Below are positions 1 to 10,878 of a stretch of DNA of 64,000 bases, piece after piece; position 1 is the first letter of the stretch, and each line of letters starts with the position of its first letter. Below the pieces are notes generated by a model. It did no database searches. It worked only from the letters and a program-made list of their open reading frames with translations, and was not told the origin of the DNA. Both the position numbers and the translations under genes were made by a program. Origin of the DNA: an uncultured Alphaproteobacteria bacterium. Lineage in GTDB: Bacteria; Pseudomonadota; Alphaproteobacteria; CAWBKL01. The stretch lies in assembly GCA_963789405.1 (NCBI GenBank), contig CAWBKL010000007.1, forward strand, positions 70,276 through 134,275. The letters run 5' to 3'.

Positions 1-360
1 ACTTATGGTTCCGGCGTTCTGATGCAAAGGCACGGTCCGCCGGGCGCGCTTGATCATCGCCCCGAGGCGCGGCGCAGACGTCAAGAAGACTCCGAGCGGG
101 CCCATATGTTTGACGCGTATGCTTCTTGCGAGCTGTATGCCGAATTCATGATCGCCCGCGACCCGCACCGACCATTCATGCAGCCCGCAAAAATCGCGCA
201 GCGGAACGAGCTGTGTGGCGTCGCCGAAAAGTCCGAGCGGAACATCCTGAGCATGAAACACGCGCTCGATCGCACGCGGCCCCAGCTCGGCATCCAGCAT
301 GTCACGCAACGGGAAAAGATCCAGAACCCGTACGAAATCTTCTCTGCGGTCTTGGACCAT
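1..360 (-). CDS. AraC-family transcriptional regulator, N-terminal ligand-binding region (runs off window edge)
   Basis: Own translation of minus strand from ATG at 360: MVQDRREDFVRVLDLFPLRDMLDAELGPRAIERVFHAQDVPLGLFGDATQLVPLRDFCGLHEWSVRVAGDHEFGIQLA...MGPLGVFLTSAPRLG. It is open to position 1 and resembles the N-terminal domain of OruR/VqsM-type AraC proteins. Confidence 0.6.
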   Translation of the reverse strand, partial: MVQDRREDFVRVLDLFPLRDMLDAELGPRAIERVFHAQDVPLGLFGDATQLVPLRDFCGLHEWSVRVAGDHEFGIQLARSIRVKHMGPLGVFLTSAPRLGAMIKRARRTVPLHQNAGTIS

Positions 361-781
361 CCCCATGCCCGGTCTTGAAAGAAGGCAAACGTATTCCCTC
401 CACCCATTCCGTCGCGATTCGGCTAATCGTCGCTATTGTTCAGAAGTACAAAAGTACCGCTTGTCGCAAATGGGTAAAGAGACGTTCTCTCAGGCACGCA
501 TAACGAACAGCAGGGAAAGAATAGCAGGCTTTGCCAACAACGGTTGGTCCCGCGCGGCCCCTCAACTAAAAATTTCATCAGGGCCTTTACTTGAAGCCTG
601 TGGCGAGAAGCGGCTTCAGCTTTGAAGCAGTGCCTATTCGTCGATCCCTGGCCATCCGAATCCCGCTTCGGCCTTTCCGAGGCGCGTTGACACCAGCAAG
701 CAACAAGGCCGATGGCAGCGGGCCACAAATAGTGATGGCCGGGATCACCCCGGCCATCACTGCTTGCCATAAACTCGGCAG

Positions 782-1774
782 CTAAAATTCGACCGGATAG
801 GGCGGCAACTCGCCCTTGGCATAGCGCTCTTCAAGGCCGGGCGTGCCGTTTTCCATCACCATCAGCATCGAGCGCTTGGGCGCAAAGCCCTGGTGGCGGA
901 TATCGGCCGGCATGGCGCAGACATCGCCCGGCTTCATGATCACCGTACCGATCGGCTTACCGGTATCCTTGTCCTGGATCTTCCAGTGGATCTCATCCGT
1001 AAGCTGAATGAACCACTCGTTGCGATCATTGCCGTGAATGACCGGCAGCATGTGCTCCTCGCTCGTCACGCAGCAGATCGAAGCTTTGGTGACCGCTGTG
1101 ACCGACGGGTTCCAGGTGACATCGGAACGCGCGATGTGATCGAACAGGTTGATCGCATGCAGCTGATCCTCGAAGCCCGGCTCCGGCATCACGTCTGGCT
1201 TGTCGAACTTCATGTCGGCGAAGGCGCGATTGATCGGCGTACCGGTGGCGTCCGAGCGCACCGGCTGATCGCCCTTAAGGCCGAGCATGCGGCTTGCTGG
1301 CGTGAAGTTCCTCAGCAGCGGCTTGGTGGTGGGCTTGGTTTTGGAGCCCATGGGGCTGCCGGTCTCGAGCGGCGCCGAAAGTGGATCATAGCCCTCATTG
1401 ATCCAATCCTTCGAGATCACCTCAAAGGCGGCCGAGACATCTTCCGACTTGAAAGTCTCAAGATAATCGATGCCGGCCTCCTTGCAGCCGCGATCATAGC
1501 TGCCGGCGAAGATATCGACCGTGCCATAGTGATTATGCGTGCCGAAGATATCGTCGAAGAAGATCCAGCCATAGAAGAAGCCCCAGCCGATATCGCGCAC
1601 CATCGCGCGCAGGAACCGGTCGACCTCGATCTGATGCTTGCCCTTCGGCCAAGTGACGTGAACGAAATATTCGTCGCGCCGGAAATTGAAGCCGCCGAAC
1701 TGAAAGCTCCGATAGCCGGTATCCGGATCAACCGGTCCTGGAACGGCTTGCGCTGGTTTGATCTCTTTTGCCAT
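782..1774 (-). CDS. hapD: Hydroquinone 1,2-dioxygenase large (beta) subunit, HapD/PnpD-like
   Basis: Motifs RRDEYF, FLRAMVRDIGWGFFYG, SDVTWNPSV, EEHMLPVIHGNDRNEWF and MPADIRHQG; AGGAG RBS before MAKE; adjacent small subunit. Confidence 0.88.
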   Translation of the reverse strand: MAKEIKPAQAVPGPVDPDTGYRSFQFGGFNFRRDEYFVHVTWPKGKHQIEVDRFLRAMVRDIGWGFFYGWIFFDDIFGTHNHYGTVDIFAGSYDRGCKEAGIDYLETFKSEDVSAAFEVISKDWINEGYDPLSAPLETGSPMGSKTKPTTKPLLRNFTPASRMLGLKGDQPVRSDATGTPINRAFADMKFDKPDVMPEPGFEDQLHAINLFDHIARSDVTWNPSVTAVTKASICCVTSEEHMLPVIHGNDRNEWFIQLTDEIHWKIQDKDTGKPIGTVIMKPGDVCAMPADIRHQGFAPKRSMLMVMENGTPGLEERYAKGELPPYPVEF

Positions 1775-1806
1775 GTGTTGGCTCCTGTTTCTCAGCAATC
1801 CCATAT

Positions 1807-1829
1807 CCCCTCTCCCCTTGTGGGAGAGG
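1807..1829. repeat. Truncated palindromic repeat (CCTCTCCC...GGGAGAGG family)
   Basis: cccctctccccttgtgggagagg has the same hairpin unit as the copies at 6134 and 16270. Confidence 0.6.
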
Positions 1830-1845
1830 CGAACCCAAGCGCGCG

Positions 1846-2334
1846 CTACATCGAGATATTCTGTTCCCAGCGCTCGATGGTCACAGGACCGGCGAGCGTC
1901 TGGATGATGGCGACAGAAGGCGTCTTCGATGTCAGCTGATAGGCAGCACCGGCCGGCAACAACACTTGATGGCCGCGCCGCGCGCGCACCTTGCCCATCT
2001 TCTGTCCGTTGGGTGCAGCCGGCAGCTGCGAAGCGCCGGCTGTGCTGGTGGGCGCTGCCGCTTTGTCTTGCTTGACGAAATTGAACTCGACCTCGCCATC
2101 CATGACGATGGCGAACTCGTCATGTGGAGCGACATACCAGGGCCCATCGCCCTCGACCTTCATCACCTCGGCGACATATTCCAGATTTCGCGCAACCGCC
2201 ACGCGCTCGAACGGCTTCGACTTGCCCGCCACCTCGAACATGTTGGAGAACAAATACTTGCGCTTGTCGTCCTGAACGTCGATCGAGCCCTTCTCATAGG
2301 ATTTGAGCGAGCCCATTTTGGTGTTGTAGCTCAT
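1846..2334 (-). CDS. hapC: Hydroquinone 1,2-dioxygenase small (alpha) subunit, HapC/PnpC-like
   Basis: MSYNTKMGSLKSYEKGSI...YLFSNMFEVA...PFERVAVARNLEYVAE...HDEF...RRGHQVLLP; RBS before ATG at 2334. Confidence 0.88.
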   Translation of the reverse strand: MSYNTKMGSLKSYEKGSIDVQDDKRKYLFSNMFEVAGKSKPFERVAVARNLEYVAEVMKVEGDGPWYVAPHDEFAIVMDGEVEFNFVKQDKAAAPTSTAGASQLPAAPNGQKMGKVRARRGHQVLLPAGAAYQLTSKTPSVAIIQTLAGPVTIERWEQNISM

Positions 2335-2426
2335 GCGTTCCTCCCGGCCACCGCTTTTTGGTGCCGGAGCGCTTGACCCGACACGGGAGTGATATTGCTC
2401 AGAAAACCAGCCTAGGAAAAGGGGCC

Positions 2427-4298
2427 TTAGCCCAGACCGAACGCGACGGCGCTGCGATAGACGACGAAAGCCGCGATATAGGCCAGCGTCAGCATGTAAA
2501 TGAACATGACACTGGGCCAGAACCATGAATTGGTCTCGCGCTTGACCACGGCGAGCGTCGAGGTGCATTGCGGCGCGAAAATGTACCAGGCCAGGAAGGC
2601 GAGCGCTGAAGCGATGCTCCATTGATGCGCAAGGGTGGAGGCAAGCGTTCCGACATTGTCCCCGCCCACCGCGTAGATAGTGCCAAGGACGGCGACGCAA
2701 ACTTCGCGCGCGGCCATGCCCGGAATCAGCGCAACCGACATCTGCCAATTGAAGCCGATCGGCGCCAGGAGAGGCTCGACAGCATGCCCGATCATTCCGG
2801 CAAAGCTGTAATCGAGCGCCGGACCGGAGGCGCCGGGTGGTGCATGGGGAAAGGTCGTCAGCACCCAGATGACCACCATGATCGAAAAGATGATGGTGCC
2901 CGCGCGCTTTAAGAAGATTTGGCCGCGTGTGAGCACGCCGCGCAACACGTTCATCGGATCAGGCAGCTTGTAGCTCGGCATCTCTAAGAGAAACGGCTCG
3001 ACTGCGCTGCGCCAGAAAATCTTGCGGATGACGAAGGCGACCATGAGCGCGCCCAAAATACCGGCGGCATAAAGCCCGAACATCACCAAGCCCTGTAGAT
3101 TCGCGAAGCCGAAGACTTGGACGTTGGGAATGAAGGCCGAGATGATGAGCGTGTAAACGGGAATGCGCGCGGAACAGGTCGTCAAGGGCGCAGCGAGAAT
3201 TGTCGCAATACGGTCGCGCCGGTTATCGATCACGCGCGCCGACATGATGCCTGGGATCGCACAAGCGAAGCTCGACAACAGCGGAATGAAAGCGCGCCCG
3301 TGCAGATTCGCCGCGCCCATCATCTTATCCATGAGGAAGGCGGCGCGCGCCATGTAGCCGAAATCCTCGAGCAGAATAATGAAGAAGAACAGGATCAGGA
3401 TCTGCGGCAAGAACACGATGACGCTGCCGACACCGGCGATGATCCCGTCCGTGATCAGGCTGCGTAAAAGCCCATCAGGCATAACCGCTTTGACCCAGCC
3501 GCCAAGCCCCGTGAAGCCGGCGTCGATCAAATCCTGCAGTGGCGCAGCCCAGGTGAACACGGCCTGGAACATCAAGAACAGTACGCCGAGCAGAATGAGC
3601 GTGCCGAAAACTGGATGCAGCAAAACCTCATCAAGCCGCGCCGTGAATGTGTCGGGCCGCGTTGGCGGCTTCACATATTGCTTTCGGATTTGCTCGGCCT
3701 GCGCATGAACGGTGCGCAACTCGTGTGCTGTTGGCTCATGCCAGGAATGACTCCCGGCCGCCTCGCCCGCTTGCGGCGCAAGCTCGTCAACCTCGGAAAG
3801 CAGAGCCTCGAGCCCGCGCTTGCGCACGGCGACGGTGGTGACGACCGGAACCCCGAGCGCACGCGAGAGCCCATCGACATCGATCCCGATGCCTTGGCGC
3901 TGCGCAAGGTCGAACATGTTGAGCGCAAGGATGAGCGGCCGGCCGATCAGTTTCAGCTCCAGCACGAGCCGCAACACCAAACGCAAATTGGTGGCATCGG
4001 CAACGCACACTATGACATCCGGTGTCATCTCGGTATCGAGATGGCCGAGCACGACATCGCGCGTGATCTTTTCATCCGGGCTGCGCGCGCGCAGCGAATA
4101 GGTGCCCGGCAGATCGACAATATAGGCGCGCGTGCCGGCGGGCGTCGTCACTGTGCCCATCTTCCGTTCGACCGTGACGCCGGGATAGTTGGCGACCTTC
4201 TGGCGCGCGCCGGTGAGCGCGTTGAACAGCGCCGTCTTGCCCGAGTTGGGATTTCCAACCAAGGCAATTCTAACGCTACGGACGCGAACCTCGTTCAT
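2427..4298 (-). CDS. feoB: Ferrous iron transporter FeoB
   Basis: G1 GNPNSGKT, VANYPGVTVE, DLPGTYSL, NMFD; membrane domain with LEDFGYMARAAF and CSARIPVY. Confidence 0.96.
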   Translation of the reverse strand: MNEVRVRSVRIALVGNPNSGKTALFNALTGARQKVANYPGVTVERKMGTVTTPAGTRAYIVDLPGTYSLRARSPDEKITRDVVLGHLDTEMTPDVIVCVADATNLRLVLRLVLELKLIGRPLILALNMFDLAQRQGIGIDVDGLSRALGVPVVTTVAVRKRGLEALLSEVDELAPQAGEAAGSHSWHEPTAHELRTVHAQAEQIRKQYVKPPTRPDTFTARLDEVLLHPVFGTLILLGVLFLMFQAVFTWAAPLQDLIDAGFTGLGGWVKAVMPDGLLRSLITDGIIAGVGSVIVFLPQILILFFFIILLEDFGYMARAAFLMDKMMGAANLHGRAFIPLLSSFACAIPGIMSARVIDNRRDRIATILAAPLTTCSARIPVYTLIISAFIPNVQVFGFANLQGLVMFGLYAAGILGALMVAFVIRKIFWRSAVEPFLLEMPSYKLPDPMNVLRGVLTRGQIFLKRAGTIIFSIMVVIWVLTTFPHAPPGASGPALDYSFAGMIGHAVEPLLAPIGFNWQMSVALIPGMAAREVCVAVLGTIYAVGGDNVGTLASTLAHQWSIASALAFLAWYIFAPQCTSTLAVVKRETNSWFWPSVMFIYMLTLAYIAAFVVYRSAVAFGLG

Positions 4299-4633
4299 CT
4301 CGTTTCGCCGGCACCCTCAGCCGCGACGAGGATCACTTTGGCTTCACGCCGGCGCAGCGCAACGCGCGTGCCATCAACGAGAACGGCGATCGGATCGCGG
4401 CCGAACAAACCTTCGTGAAGCACACACACAGGCGCGCCTTCGGTGAAACCGATCTCGATAAGGCGCCGCTCAAGCTCTTCCGGCGGAATGCCGAATACCC
4501 CGTCACGCGGGATCTCGATCCGGGTGATGTGGCCGGAGGCACCGGGCCGCAAATCGCACAATGACACCAGGGCAGGCCCGCTCCCTGCCCGCTCGGCATC
4601 CGCCGCAGCCTCCCTGTCGATAACCAAGCTCAT
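4295..4633 (-). CDS. feoA: Ferrous iron transport protein FeoA
   Basis: LERRLIEIGFTEG...GRDPIAV...VALRRREA; overlaps feoB start by 4 nt. Confidence 0.93.
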   Translation of the reverse strand: MSLVIDREAAADAERAGSGPALVSLCDLRPGASGHITRIEIPRDGVFGIPPEELERRLIEIGFTEGAPVCVLHEGLFGRDPIAVLVDGTRVALRRREAKVILVAAEGAGETR

Positions 4634-4670
4634 GACGCCTTCAGGTAACTAGATGCTCTTATCACCGATA

Positions 4671-4687
4671 TTGATATTCATTCGCAT
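4671..4687. promoter_or_regulatory. Putative Fur-type iron-responsive operator upstream of feoA
   Basis: TTGATATTCATTCGCAT is an AT-rich imperfect palindrome resembling Fur boxes, about 40 bp upstream of the feoA start. Confidence 0.6.
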
Positions 4688-4818
4688 CTTTTCCAGCCCA
4701 AGGGAAGCCCCTCCCCCTGCCTTCTCTCTCCTCGACTGTGATCCCACGCGCAAGAAAACAATTTGATCACGCTCAAGAAAACGCGCGTAATCGCTGCTAA
4801 AGGTTTAGGGAGACAACG

Positions 4819-6123
4819 ATGCTGACCAAGGAACATAACGAGCTTCTGACCCGGGTTGGGCCGGGAACGCCAATGGGCGAGTTCTTGCGCGAATATTGGG
4901 TTCCGGCCTGCCGTTCGGCCAAGCTCGAAGCCGATGGCGCGCCCGAGCGCGTGCGCTTGTTCGGCGAGAATTTCGTTGCCTTCCGTGCTACCGACGGGCG
5001 CGTCGGTTTTATCGCCGAGGGCTGCCCGCATCGCTGCGCTTCGATGGCGCTGGCGCGTAATGAGGGCAATGGCCTCAGATGCATCTTTCACGGCTGGAAG
5101 GTGAATGTTGATGGCGAATGCGTCGATGCGCCGACCGAGCCGGTCGAGCGCCGCGAAGCCTTTGCCAAGAAAGTGCCGGTGCGGTCACATCCGGTACGTG
5201 AAGCCGGCGGCCTCGTCTGGGTCTATCTCGGCAAGCACAAGGATAATCCGCCGCGCTTTCCCGATTTCGAATTCAATAGTCTGCCCGCAAACCATGTGAA
5301 CCCGATCCGCGGCCTTCTTAATTGCAACTGGCTGCAGGGCCTCGAAGCGCTGCTTGACTCCGCGCACATCACATTCCTGCACAATGCAAACATCATGGCG
5401 TTCGGCAAGCGCGAGGACGGCTCGATCGACACCGGCTCGGCGTCGATGTTGAATGATGGCGCGCCGCGTTTTGAGTTTCTCGATCAGCCTTATGGCTTCC
5501 GCGAAGGTGCGCTGCGCGAAGCCGACAACGACCAAACCTATGCCCGCATCCGTGAAGTGGCGCTACCCTTCTTCTCGTTCATTCCTGGCGGGCGCACTGG
5601 TGGCTTCGGCAATGCCTGCTGCTCGATCCCGATCGATGATGAGCACACGGCGCAATGGTATATCCTGTTCTCGACCGAGCGCCCGTTCGGCGAGGGCCCG
5701 ATGTTCAACCGCAGCGGCCGCGCGGCGATGGCCGAGCTGCGCAATCCGGATTACTTCAATGAAGGCATGGGCGGCTGGCACAATATGTGGCAGCAAGACC
5801 GCAAAGCCATGAAGGAAGGCTATTTCTCCGGCTTTGTCGGCAAGGGCAACCCGCACGAGGATTTCGCCGTACAGGAATCCATGGGCCCGATCGTTGATCG
5901 CTCGAAGGAGCATCTCGGCCAGGCGGATCTCGTGATCGTCCGTGCCCGGAAGCTTCTGATCGATGCCGTGCGCAATTTCGAGAAGACGGGCGAGCTCGCC
6001 TTCGTCGGCCCCGAGGTCGATTTTGCGCGCATCAGAGCAATCGCGCTCAACTATCCGAAAGATTTGGACTGGACGAAATTCGACACATTCAATCCGCCGA
6101 ATTTTGCCAGCGCCGCGGAATGA
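4819..6123 (+). CDS. Rieske non-heme iron oxygenase (phthalate 4,5-dioxygenase/LigX-like alpha subunit)
   Basis: N-terminus LTRVGPGTPMG; Rieske CPHR...CIFHGW; mononuclear Fe site NWLQGLEALLDSAHITFLH; EDFAVQESMG. Confidence 0.9.
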   Translation: MLTKEHNELLTRVGPGTPMGEFLREYWVPACRSAKLEADGAPERVRLFGENFVAFRATDGRVGFIAEGCPHRCASMALARNEGNGLRCIFHGWKVNVDGECVDAPTEPVERREAFAKKVPVRSHPVREAGGLVWVYLGKHKDNPPRFPDFEFNSLPANHVNPIRGLLNCNWLQGLEALLDSAHITFLHNANIMAFGKREDGSIDTGSASMLNDGAPRFEFLDQPYGFREGALREADNDQTYARIREVALPFFSFIPGGRTGGFGNACCSIPIDDEHTAQWYILFSTERPFGEGPMFNRSGRAAMAELRNPDYFNEGMGGWHNMWQQDRKAMKEGYFSGFVGKGNPHEDFAVQESMGPIVDRSKEHLGQADLVIVRARKLLIDAVRNFEKTGELAFVGPEVDFARIRAIALNYPKDLDWTKFDTFNPPNFASAAE

Positions 6124-6133
6124 TTGTTTCTTG

Positions 6134-6263
6134 CCTCTCCCTTGATGGGAGAGGCCGGATCGCTTGGCGCCCTTGGCGCGGTAGCGATCCGAGTGAGGGT
6201 GGAGCCTCAGGCTCAGTTGTGATGGACCCCTCACCCTAACCCTCTCCCACAAGGGGAGAGGGG
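6134..6263. repeat. Alphaproteobacterial intergenic palindromic (REP/RIME-like) element
   Basis: cctctcccttgatgggagagg ... ccctcaccctaaccctctcccacaaggggagagggg; homologous ends at 16270-16416. Confidence 0.8.
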
Positions 6264-6287
6264 ATTTGATTTGACTGGGAGAAAACG

Positions 6288-7569
6288 ATGCTGACCAAGG
6301 AACATAATGAGCTGCTTACGCGCGTGGGCCCCGGCACACCCATGGGCGACATGCTGCGCGAATACTGGGTGCCGGCCTGCCGTTCGGCCAAGCTCGAAGC
6401 CGATGGCGCGCCGGAGCGCGTGCGCTTGTTCGGCGAGAATTTCGTTGCCTTCCGTGCTACCGACGGGCGCGTCGGTTTTATCGCCGAGGGCTGCCCGCAC
6501 CGCTGCGCTTCGATGGCGCTGGCGCGTAATGAGGGCAATGGCCTCAGATGCATCTTTCACGGCTGGAAGGTGAATGTTGATGGCGAATGCGTCGATGCGC
6601 CGACCGAGCCGGTCGAGCGCCGCGAAGCCTTTGCCAAAAAGGTGCCTGTGCGATCGCACCCCGTACGCGAAGCCGGCGGCATGATCTGGGTCTATCTCGG
6701 CAAGCACAAGGACAACCCCCCGCGCTTCCCGGACTATGAGTTCAACAATGTTCCCGACAGCCATGTCCGCCCGATGCGTGGCCTTGTGAAGATCAATTGG
6801 CTGCAAGGCCTGGAGGCGCTGCTCGAATTCAGCGCATGTCGGCTATCTGCACAACCAGAATGTCAAAGACTTCCAGAATATGCTCGGCACGTCGGAGACA
6901 GCCGACATTCTCTTGACCAATGGCGCGCCGAATTTCGAGTTTCTTGAGCAGCCTTACGGCTTCCGCGAGGGCGCAATCCGGCCAAGCGAGAAAGGCAACA
7001 ACACCTATGCCCGCATTCGCGAGGTCAATTTGCCGTTCTTTTCATTCATTCCGGGCCAGGCTGGCGGCATGGTGACGACGTGCTGCTCGATCCCGATCGA
7101 TGATTACAACACCGCGCAGTGGTATATAGCCTATAATGTCAGCGCACCAATCGATATGGAACGCTTCCGCGTGTTCGGCATGGCCGACATCAATCTCGAT
7201 TATTTCAATGAAGGCATGGGCGACTTCTCGAACATGTGGCAGCAGGACCGCAAAGCCATGAAAGAGGGCCATTGGTCCGGCTTCGTCGGTAAGGGCAACC
7301 CGCACGAGGATTTCGCCGTCCAGGAATCGATGGGCGCAATCGTCGACCGCAGCCAGGAATATCTCGGCCAGGCGGATCTCGTGATCGTGCGCGCGCGGCG
7401 CATGCTGATCGATGCGGTCCGCAAGTTCGAGAAGACGGGCGAGCTCTCCTTCACCGATGGCGTCGATTTCAACAAGATCCGCGCTCTTGCGATCACCTAT
7501 CCCTCGAATGTCGACTGGAAGACGTTCGACGCGCACAACCCGCCGGACTTCGCCAGCGCCGCGGAATAA
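6288..7569 (+). CDS. Second Rieske oxygenase, tandem paralog of 4819-6123; +1 frameshift at about 6827
   Basis: ORFs 6288-6947 and 6880-7569 join if one A is removed from ctcgaattcagcgcat, restoring LDSAH. C-terminus FASAAE is the same as in the paralog. Confidence 0.85.
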
Positions 7570-7597
7570 TCCGCGCAGCCGCGCCAAATCGGGCGCA

Positions 7598-9417
7598 TCA
7601 ATCGTCGATGCGTCCGATGGCGGGCGGCATCTCTTCCGGGCCCTCGCTGGCGTCAGGCACGATATGGGCGTGGATCCAGCGCTTCAGGATCGGGCTCAAC
7701 GCGAGCAGGATGACGCCGGCACCGAGACCCCAATAGCCGATCATCCGAAACACCGAGACATAGGTTGCGAGCGCCTTGGCCGGATCGAGCACCGTGCCGG
7801 CGACGGTCGCCGTTGCGGTGAGCTGGGCCACCTTTCCGCCCAGCCATTCGGCCCAGGACGAAGCGAGAAACCAAGTCGCCATGACGGTCGAGAGCGTCGC
7901 CAAAGGCGATAGCCGCGTCATTTGCGACAGGCCCACTGGCGAGAGACAGAGTTCGCCCATCGTCTGCACGAGATAGGACAGCGCGACGAAAAAGAGTGGC
8001 ACGCGGAAGCTCGCATCCGCAAAATGCGCGCTCCACACCAAGACGAAAAATCCTGCGCCGGCCTGCATCAAGCCGAGCGCGAACTTCACCACCGGATTGG
8101 GATCGGCGCCCTTGCGGCCGAGCCATGCCCACAGCGCCGAATACACCGGCGCGAAGATCAGAATGAACATCGGGTTGAAGCTCTGGAGCTGTGCCGCGGC
8201 GACGGGCACGCCGAACGGACTGAGCTGCGTATTGCGTTCGGCAAAGAGATTGAGCGATGAGCCGGCCTGGTTGGCGAGCATCCAGAAGATGACGGACGCA
8301 GCGATCAGAATCAGCGAGAGCATCATGCGTTCGCGCTCGACCTTCGTGCACTTGGTCACCATGAACCAACCAAGATAGGCGAGCACGGCCGCCGATGCGA
8401 TGGCGAGCATATAGCCCACAAGCGCGTAGCGTTGCACCAGAAGCCAGACGAGCACGAGCCCGGCCAAGGCGCCGAGATAGATCGCCCATTCAACATTGAC
8501 GGGGCCGAATGCGCGCATTGTCAGGCGCGCCGGATCCGGCGGCTCACCCTTGCCTTCCAGGAGCGGCTTGCCGAAGACAAACACGACATAGCCTGCGCGC
8601 CATGCCGACCCCGGCCAAGCCGAAGCCCGCCCACCAGCCGATTGTCTGGCCAATGCCGCCGCACAGGATCGTGGCCCAGAACGCACCGAGATTGATGCCG
8701 TAATAATAGAGCGTGAAGCCGGGATCGCGCCGCGCATCGCCAGGCTTGTAGAGCTGACCGACGATGGAAGAGATATTCGCTTTCAAGAAGCCGACGCCCA
8801 TGATGATCAGCGACAGCGCGAGATAGAAGAACGCCGGAGAACAGCGCGCTGCGCCCTTCGACGGTCAGCGTGTAGCTGCCTTCAGGCAGCGTCGACGGCA
8901 GCGGCGCGCTCGCCGGCAGACCCTCGATCTTCAGCCCTTCGCCACCGGAGCCGGCAACGGCATAGGTGTGACCACCGACCTTCAGCAGCGCCTCGCGCCC
9001 CTCGCCCGCGCCCGGCGACGACAAAGCTGTAATTCGGCCGCCATAACTCAAGACCTGCGTCGCCGGCGGGCCCTCGATCGCCATGGTGAAATGGCCGGCG
9101 ACCAACAACAGCGCACCGAAGGCGACGGCCTTGCGCGTGCCGAGATAGCGATCCGCGAGGAAGCCGCCGATCAGCGGCATGAGATAGACGAGCGATCCAT
9201 AGGCGCCATATTGGCCTTGCGCGAAGTGATCGCTGAACAGGAAATGCTGGGTAAGATAGAAAATGAGCAAAGAGCGCATGCCGTAATAGGAAAAGCGCTC
9301 CCACATCTCGGCGAAGAATAGGACGAACAGACCGCGTGGATGGCGCCTCAACTGGATCAACACAGGAATGGCCGTCACCAGCGTGACGACAATGCCGACA
9401 AGCGTGACGATGTTCAT
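7598..9417 (-). CDS. POT/PTR family proton-dependent oligopeptide transporter (frameshifted)
   Basis: HPRGLFVLFFAEMWERFSYYGMR, GGFLADRYLG, GVGFLKANIS, YYYGINLGA and GELCLSPVGLS, spread over several frames. Confidence 0.88.
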
Positions 9418-10835
9418 GAGCGGTGTTCCGCACGTAATGATCAGCGACGATACGAGCAATCGCGCCGGTGACGCGTTTGGCCACCGCTATATGCAAAAAC
9501 TCATCGGGCCCATGCGCATTGGAGTGGGGCCCCAGAACGCCCGTCACCACGAATTGCGTGCCGGGGAATTTCTCGCCCAGCATTGTCATGAACGGGATGC
9601 TGCCGCCTTCGCCGACAAAGCGCGCGGGCGCACCGAACGCGGCTTGCGAAGCATTTTCGACAGCGTCCGCGAGCCAAGGCTCGAGCGCAGGGGCATCCCA
9701 GCCGCGCATGCCGCCCTCTGCTTTGAACTCGACCTCGGCGCCATAAGGCGGCGATGCTTCGAGAATTCGCTTGATGGCGGCCACGGCCTTCTTGCCATCG
9801 ACATTGGGCGGCAAGCGAATCGAAATCGCGCCTTCGTGTAGGGCAGCATGACATTGCCGGCATCGGCGATCGCCGGAAGTCCTTCAATGCCGGTCACTGC
9901 AAGTTGCGGCGCCAGGTGCGGCCCAGGATAAGCTCCGCAAGATCATCGCTGACCGGTCCCGCGCCGCCCGCCCATGGAAATTCCGAATAGACATCATTGC
10001 CAATGGCTGCGGCCGCCGCTTGGCTTGGGCCGCGCGCTCGGCCGGGATTTCGCCCCATAGCTCTTTGGGCAGCATGCGTCCCGTTGCCGGATCTTCGATC
10101 CGCGCGATGAGCTGCTGAAGAATACGAAAGCTCGACGGAACGATGCCGGAAGCAGGCCGAATGCACGCCCTCTGTGAGCACGCGCACGGTAAGCTCGCCC
10201 ATCGCCACGCCGCGCAAGCTCGTGGTCAGCCACAGCTGATCATAATTCGCGCAGCCGGAATCGAGACAGACGACAAGCGATGGATCGCCCAGGCGCGGCA
10301 TGAGATGATCGACATAGGCCGGCAAATCGGTGCTGCCGGATTCCTCGCATGCTTCGATCAGGATCACGCAGCGCGCATGCGGCACCTGCTGCTCGGCCAG
10401 CGCCAATAGCGCCGCGATCGAGGCGAACATCGCATAGCCATCATCGGCGCCGCCGCGGCCATAAAGCTTGCCGTCGCGTACCGGCGTCCAAGGGCCGAGC
10501 CCATCATTCCATCCGGTGAACTCCGGCTGCTTGTCGAGATGGCCATAGAGCAGCACGGTGTCGCGGCTCTCGCCGGGGATTTCGATCAGAATGACGGGCG
10601 TGCGCTTTTCGAGGCGAACCACTTCGATGCTTGCACCTTTGAGTGCCGCGCATTTCTCCCGCGCCCACCCCACGAACAAATCGACGGCCTTTTGCATATG
10701 GCCGTGGCTCTCCCACTCACGATCGAAGGCGGGCGATTTGTTGGGGATGCGGATGTAATCCTCAAGCGCCGGAATGATCGATCTGTCCCAGATCGTACCA
10801 ACAAATGCGCTGAGCTTTTCATCATCGAGCTTCAT
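9414..10835 (-). CDS. M20/M25/M40 metallopeptidase (dipeptidase-like), frameshifted; 3' end approximate
   Basis: YGHLDKQP, YGRGGADDGY, EACEESGS, GEGGSIPF and NAHGPDEFLH across ORFs 9894-10835 and 8882-9814. Confidence 0.85.
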
Positions 10836-10878
10836 TGAGATCCCCCGCTTCGATGCGCTCTGATGGACGCACTATCGT

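Noticed and set aside
893-1939. Long antisense ORFs (e.g. 893-1939, 22986-24074, 42589-43494, 56206-57180)
   Set aside because: These are shadow frames of well-supported genes in GC-rich DNA and show no family motifs.
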